A stretch of DNA of 63,735 bases from a virus (lineage: Duplodnaviria; Caudoviricetes), in the IMG/VR virus record IMGVR_UViG_3300022592_000004, positions 1-63,735 of that record, one strand, 5' to 3'. Below are positions 61,701-63,735 of this stretch, piece by piece. The notes under the pieces are model-generated. The model searched no databases and was not told where the DNA came from. It was given only the letters and a program-made list of their open reading frames with translations. Position numbers and translations under genes: made by a program. Positions within the stretch are counted from its first letter, which is position 1. Each line of letters starts with the position of its first letter.

Positions 61701-63735
61701 TCCGCGGCAGCATATCCACAGATCTTAACCAAAATGGGATGCGCGAGACCGCGGATAACGCGGAGGGAATGGCACAAAAGCCTCTCTCTCCTGGCGTCCA
61801 GTTGATGGGCATCTTTTCCAGTGATTGGAGTCGGGCGATTCAGACGGCGCAGATCTACTCCGATCGTCTTGGCATTCCGATTCTGGCACAAACGAAAGGC
61901 TTGCAGGCATGGCACCTCGGACCATTCGAGGGCCAGAAAACCACGGATGTCATCGACGAAATTCACAATTATGTGAGAAATCCCGACCGGAAGATTGACG
62001 GACGCAGTCTGGATTCGACCGAAGATGGAGAATCTTTCAACGAGTTCAAGAACCGCGGCCTGCAGTTCTTCCAGGATATCCTGCAACGGGCGATACACAA
62101 TCCGGATGGGGCCTACTTCCTTGTAACGCACTATCGTTATATTAAGTTGCTGCAGTCTTTCATCAGCGCGGGTGCGAACGGGCAGACGCTCGAGACTGAC
62201 CCCACGGAGATGGAGCGCAAGGACGGCGACCCGGGCGCCGTTTATCACATCGCGATCACTCCCAACGGCCTTCAGATGCGCAGGATCGATCCCAAGGCCG
62301 ACGATCCCTTGCAGTCCGGGATCTATATCATTCGCCACGGCACGACCGATTACAACGAGGGCAAGCCTGTGGCGCCGGCTATCGGAACTCCCGGAGCGAT
62401 TGAGCAGCCCACCTATCCTGAGACGCTCGAGACGATCGGAGCCCAAGTCCAGGCGCTTGGGTACGGCGGTCGCAAGGTTGTCTTCGTCCCGAATGAGACA
62501 CTCAACAGCTGGATGACCGGCGCGGATCCGGACCAGCTGACCGCCAAGCTGCAGGAGATGGCGGACCCACAGGTCTACGGTGCGCTCATTCTGCCGGGAA
62601 AGGGACTCTACATCTACCGCAAGGACATGATCAGCGGAGACGATATCCAGTCTGCCGTCGACGAAGGCCGCGACCAGGATCTGATGGGCATCGTCCAGCC
62701 CAAGAGTGAGAGCACCACGATCGGCGTCCGAGCGGAAGTCTGGGACGATCCGAATCAGAGGTGGATTGAGGCTGCAACCGCAGTTGTGAGTCCTGAGAAT
62801 CTGGCCGAGCAGGTGGAGAAGTTCCGACAGCAGTTCGTTGGTGCCGGCTACACCGGAAGCAAGTTGCGCATTCGCACGGGGCCGGCAGAGGCAATTGCGG
62901 CTGGCACGATCGAGAAGCGCGGCGGCCCAGAGGGGTTGGCTCCTCCTCCTGAGCCCACGGAGAATCTGCCGGAGAATATCTGGCAGATGACGCGCCAGGA
63001 GTTCATCGACTCCGGCCTGTCCCAGCAGCCGTCCGGCAATCCTCCTGTCAATGGCGTGGTAAATGACTTCAGGGATAAATGGCAACAAGTCGCCAATGCG
63101 AACCTTGCTGACCTTCCTGCATTTCCCGGTGAGACAGCGATCGTCGCGAGAATGGGAAAGCTCTGGAACGATCTTCAGAGCTATCCGTGGCTGCTGGACC
63201 GCAAACTAACATCCCCGGATTATCTCGATCGCACCAAGGCAGAGCTCTTGCGCACTCTCGATCAGTGGTCCGCCGCGATCCCAGAGGAATACGCATCTCC
63301 GGAGATCGTGACTTCGATAGGCAAGCTGATGGATCTCGCCACGAGCCTGGCAAGTGAATATGAAAGACTGGCCACCGAAGGCGACATGTGGGTGGATCCG
63401 CATCGCCACGCCGTTGAGCAGGCGCTTCGTCAGGGCCTGCAGGTTCCTGACAAGGTGATGGTGGACTATCCAGACCTGCAACATCTGGTCAATGGGCCGC
63501 CCGAGAAAGCGCCGGCGCCAGAGACCGAACTGCAACCGATCGAGCCCCTGGAGCCATCGCCGCCGACATTCCCGTCGACGCATGTCCCTTATGCTGCGCA
63601 TGTGGAGCTGCAGACTTTGGGCTATACCCCGGCCGAGACCTACATGATGACGCCCGCTCAGGCGCAGATGAGGGTGAAGTCAAAAATTCCTCGCGAAGGA
63701 TCCAACCCGATCGTCGGTACAAGGTACACGGTCCA
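58733..63735 (+). CDS. giant internal virion protein (truncated by window end) with lytic transglycosylase and histidine phosphatase domains
   Basis: same frame checked at several points; GIDP...IILAESGG...RGLYQW near 59190-59300; SSDWSRAIQTA, GESF, LVTH and RHG near 61700-62360. Confidence 0.8.
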   Translation, partial: MATQPEQTPDPLQPPQGQGPSDEDLLKQKYKSPRDLLLDPNFHSIKNAEVRRKLLGMIYPDFNNYDTPSQNDALGKKVTDWQKYYSDLDAAAKPKTPAISDKAISALAGGLPPPPGTVPFKPKSTAGIPGALPPEGTPLESIWDKADTYAKKFGIDPQINRAIILAESGGDPNTSRTDSNGLLSRGLYQWNGAGRGKGVPDNLAFDPDYVIPKSLEYIKPVYDDGVAQGLSGQDLLLYIGRNAQRYQQNVGDRSYSNAWETIQTGQELPQRIVTATKTAQAPGTTAAVPSLPAPPSAGGRAAGPMLPPPPGAGVRATGIAAPVAAEPAAGARAAGIAAPTPAQTQRPVPAAPTPFDQITTQIANQRKALEDHLQEGKNKIDALKKEVETPPAADAPFQEREDWQHKQGVLSDMVDSYNADQEQRIAAFNKMIADAQPQFTKAPAKYATPKKISSDTIRAVYDFFQPGLVDKMAGFYDLHPALRPFAQGLAEGTTLGFAGRQQGMPEPTGAYAKSMEWVGEQAGSLPYYYLGARLLGLAGGLLPKLPIVGRYLGILAKLPEAVGVRTAAAKTAEEAAEIASKMVAAGKTIEAPAALADALRIASENPNLTKFLTVPLIKAANVGTVMASVGAIHAIANGDDPKIAALHGYELALAGEMIAASPPMRALVDKLRMNIKDPSVQAMLQKIGIPKAAFKDYVDQAGEAFKEQPEVKRLVDEGEVQYAEELKRHTEAGTLHELPEKDDFVWKYINQNLPEGTSAGGFITNFTRGKIANEHPEYEVLRTFLNNYLTQRHAAALGEAAAGATSYGLAAAGIQIAYTPGDIMTRLKAGGRDGLSTFLAVGAFHLPSLIDALQIRAGRDLDPTEAATEYNNMTTAERKLLVGKIAQPDIDRAVENINNEAGQTPATTEPNPIPPEVGATPIEPTPAPAPPAEVPTPPLPRPPTTEVTAPPETPEAVPGPITGIAPGGTVDKTPPPGGEAQQPGRSEELVRGSISTDLNQNGMRETADNAEGMAQKPLSPGVQLMGIFSSDWSRAIQTAQIYSDRLGIPILAQTKGLQAWHLGPFEGQKTTDVIDEIHNYVRNPDRKIDGRSLDSTEDGESFNEFKNRGLQFFQDILQRAIHNPDGAYFLVTHYRYIKLLQSFISAGANGQTLETDPTEMERKDGDPGAVYHIAITPNGLQMRRIDPKADDPLQSGIYIIRHGTTDYNEGKPVAPAIGTPGAIEQPTYPETLETIGAQVQALGYGGRKVVFVPNETLNSWMTGADPDQLTAKLQEMADPQVYGALILPGKGLYIYRKDMISGDDIQSAVDEGRDQDLMGIVQPKSESTTIGVRAEVWDDPNQRWIEAATAVVSPENLAEQVEKFRQQFVGAGYTGSKLRIRTGPAEAIAAGTIEKRGGPEGLAPPPEPTENLPENIWQMTRQEFIDSGLSQQPSGNPPVNGVVNDFRDKWQQVANANLADLPAFPGETAIVARMGKLWNDLQSYPWLLDRKLTSPDYLDRTKAELLRTLDQWSAAIPEEYASPEIVTSIGKLMDLATSLASEYERLATEGDMWVDPHRHAVEQALRQGLQVPDKVMVDYPDLQHLVNGPPEKAPAPETELQPIEPLEPSPPTFPSTHVPYAAHVELQTLGYTPAETYMMTPAQAQMRVKSKIPREGSNPIVGTRYTV

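Noticed and set aside
61157-63088. 643-aa minus-strand ORF and other long antisense ORFs (e.g. 2315-3334, 42501-43670, 49608-50600, 57574-58653)
   Set aside because: They shadow well-supported plus-strand genes in GC-rich sequence and show no motifs.

Overview
This window is part of a tailed-phage (or prophage) genome of roughly 58% GC, with almost every gene on the + strand. Bases 1-20 kb hold small accessory genes, among them a frameshifted DNA methyltransferase with a LAGLIDADG endonuclease at its start, a J-domain pseudokinase/vWA/PurA-like module and a solitary CRISPR type I-C-like repeat. Bases 20-25.4 kb hold an RNA-rich island. Bases 26-63.7 kb hold a podovirus-like morphogenesis block: terminase, portal, scaffold, capsid, adaptors, nozzle, fibres, ejection proteins and a giant ORF that runs off the window end. 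The strongest candidate for a new system is 20094-24608. It has a divergent Ro60/TROVE-vWA gene preceded by eight ncRNA-like units that share one scaffold (terminal stem, YACTG, inner stem, TACATG, variable cargo, CGACTT, terminal stem). Most cargos are tRNA mimics opened at different points of the cloverleaf and showing different anticodons (UUC, UGU, UAA, GAA, UCU), and an HNH nuclease gene sits inside the array. Other notable signals are a repeated TTGACA-N9-TANNNT promoter-like motif, nine small basic proteins with a shared Arg-ending C-terminal tail, and a circularly permuted histidine phosphatase in the giant virion protein. All calls come from motif recognition by eye; no searches were run.
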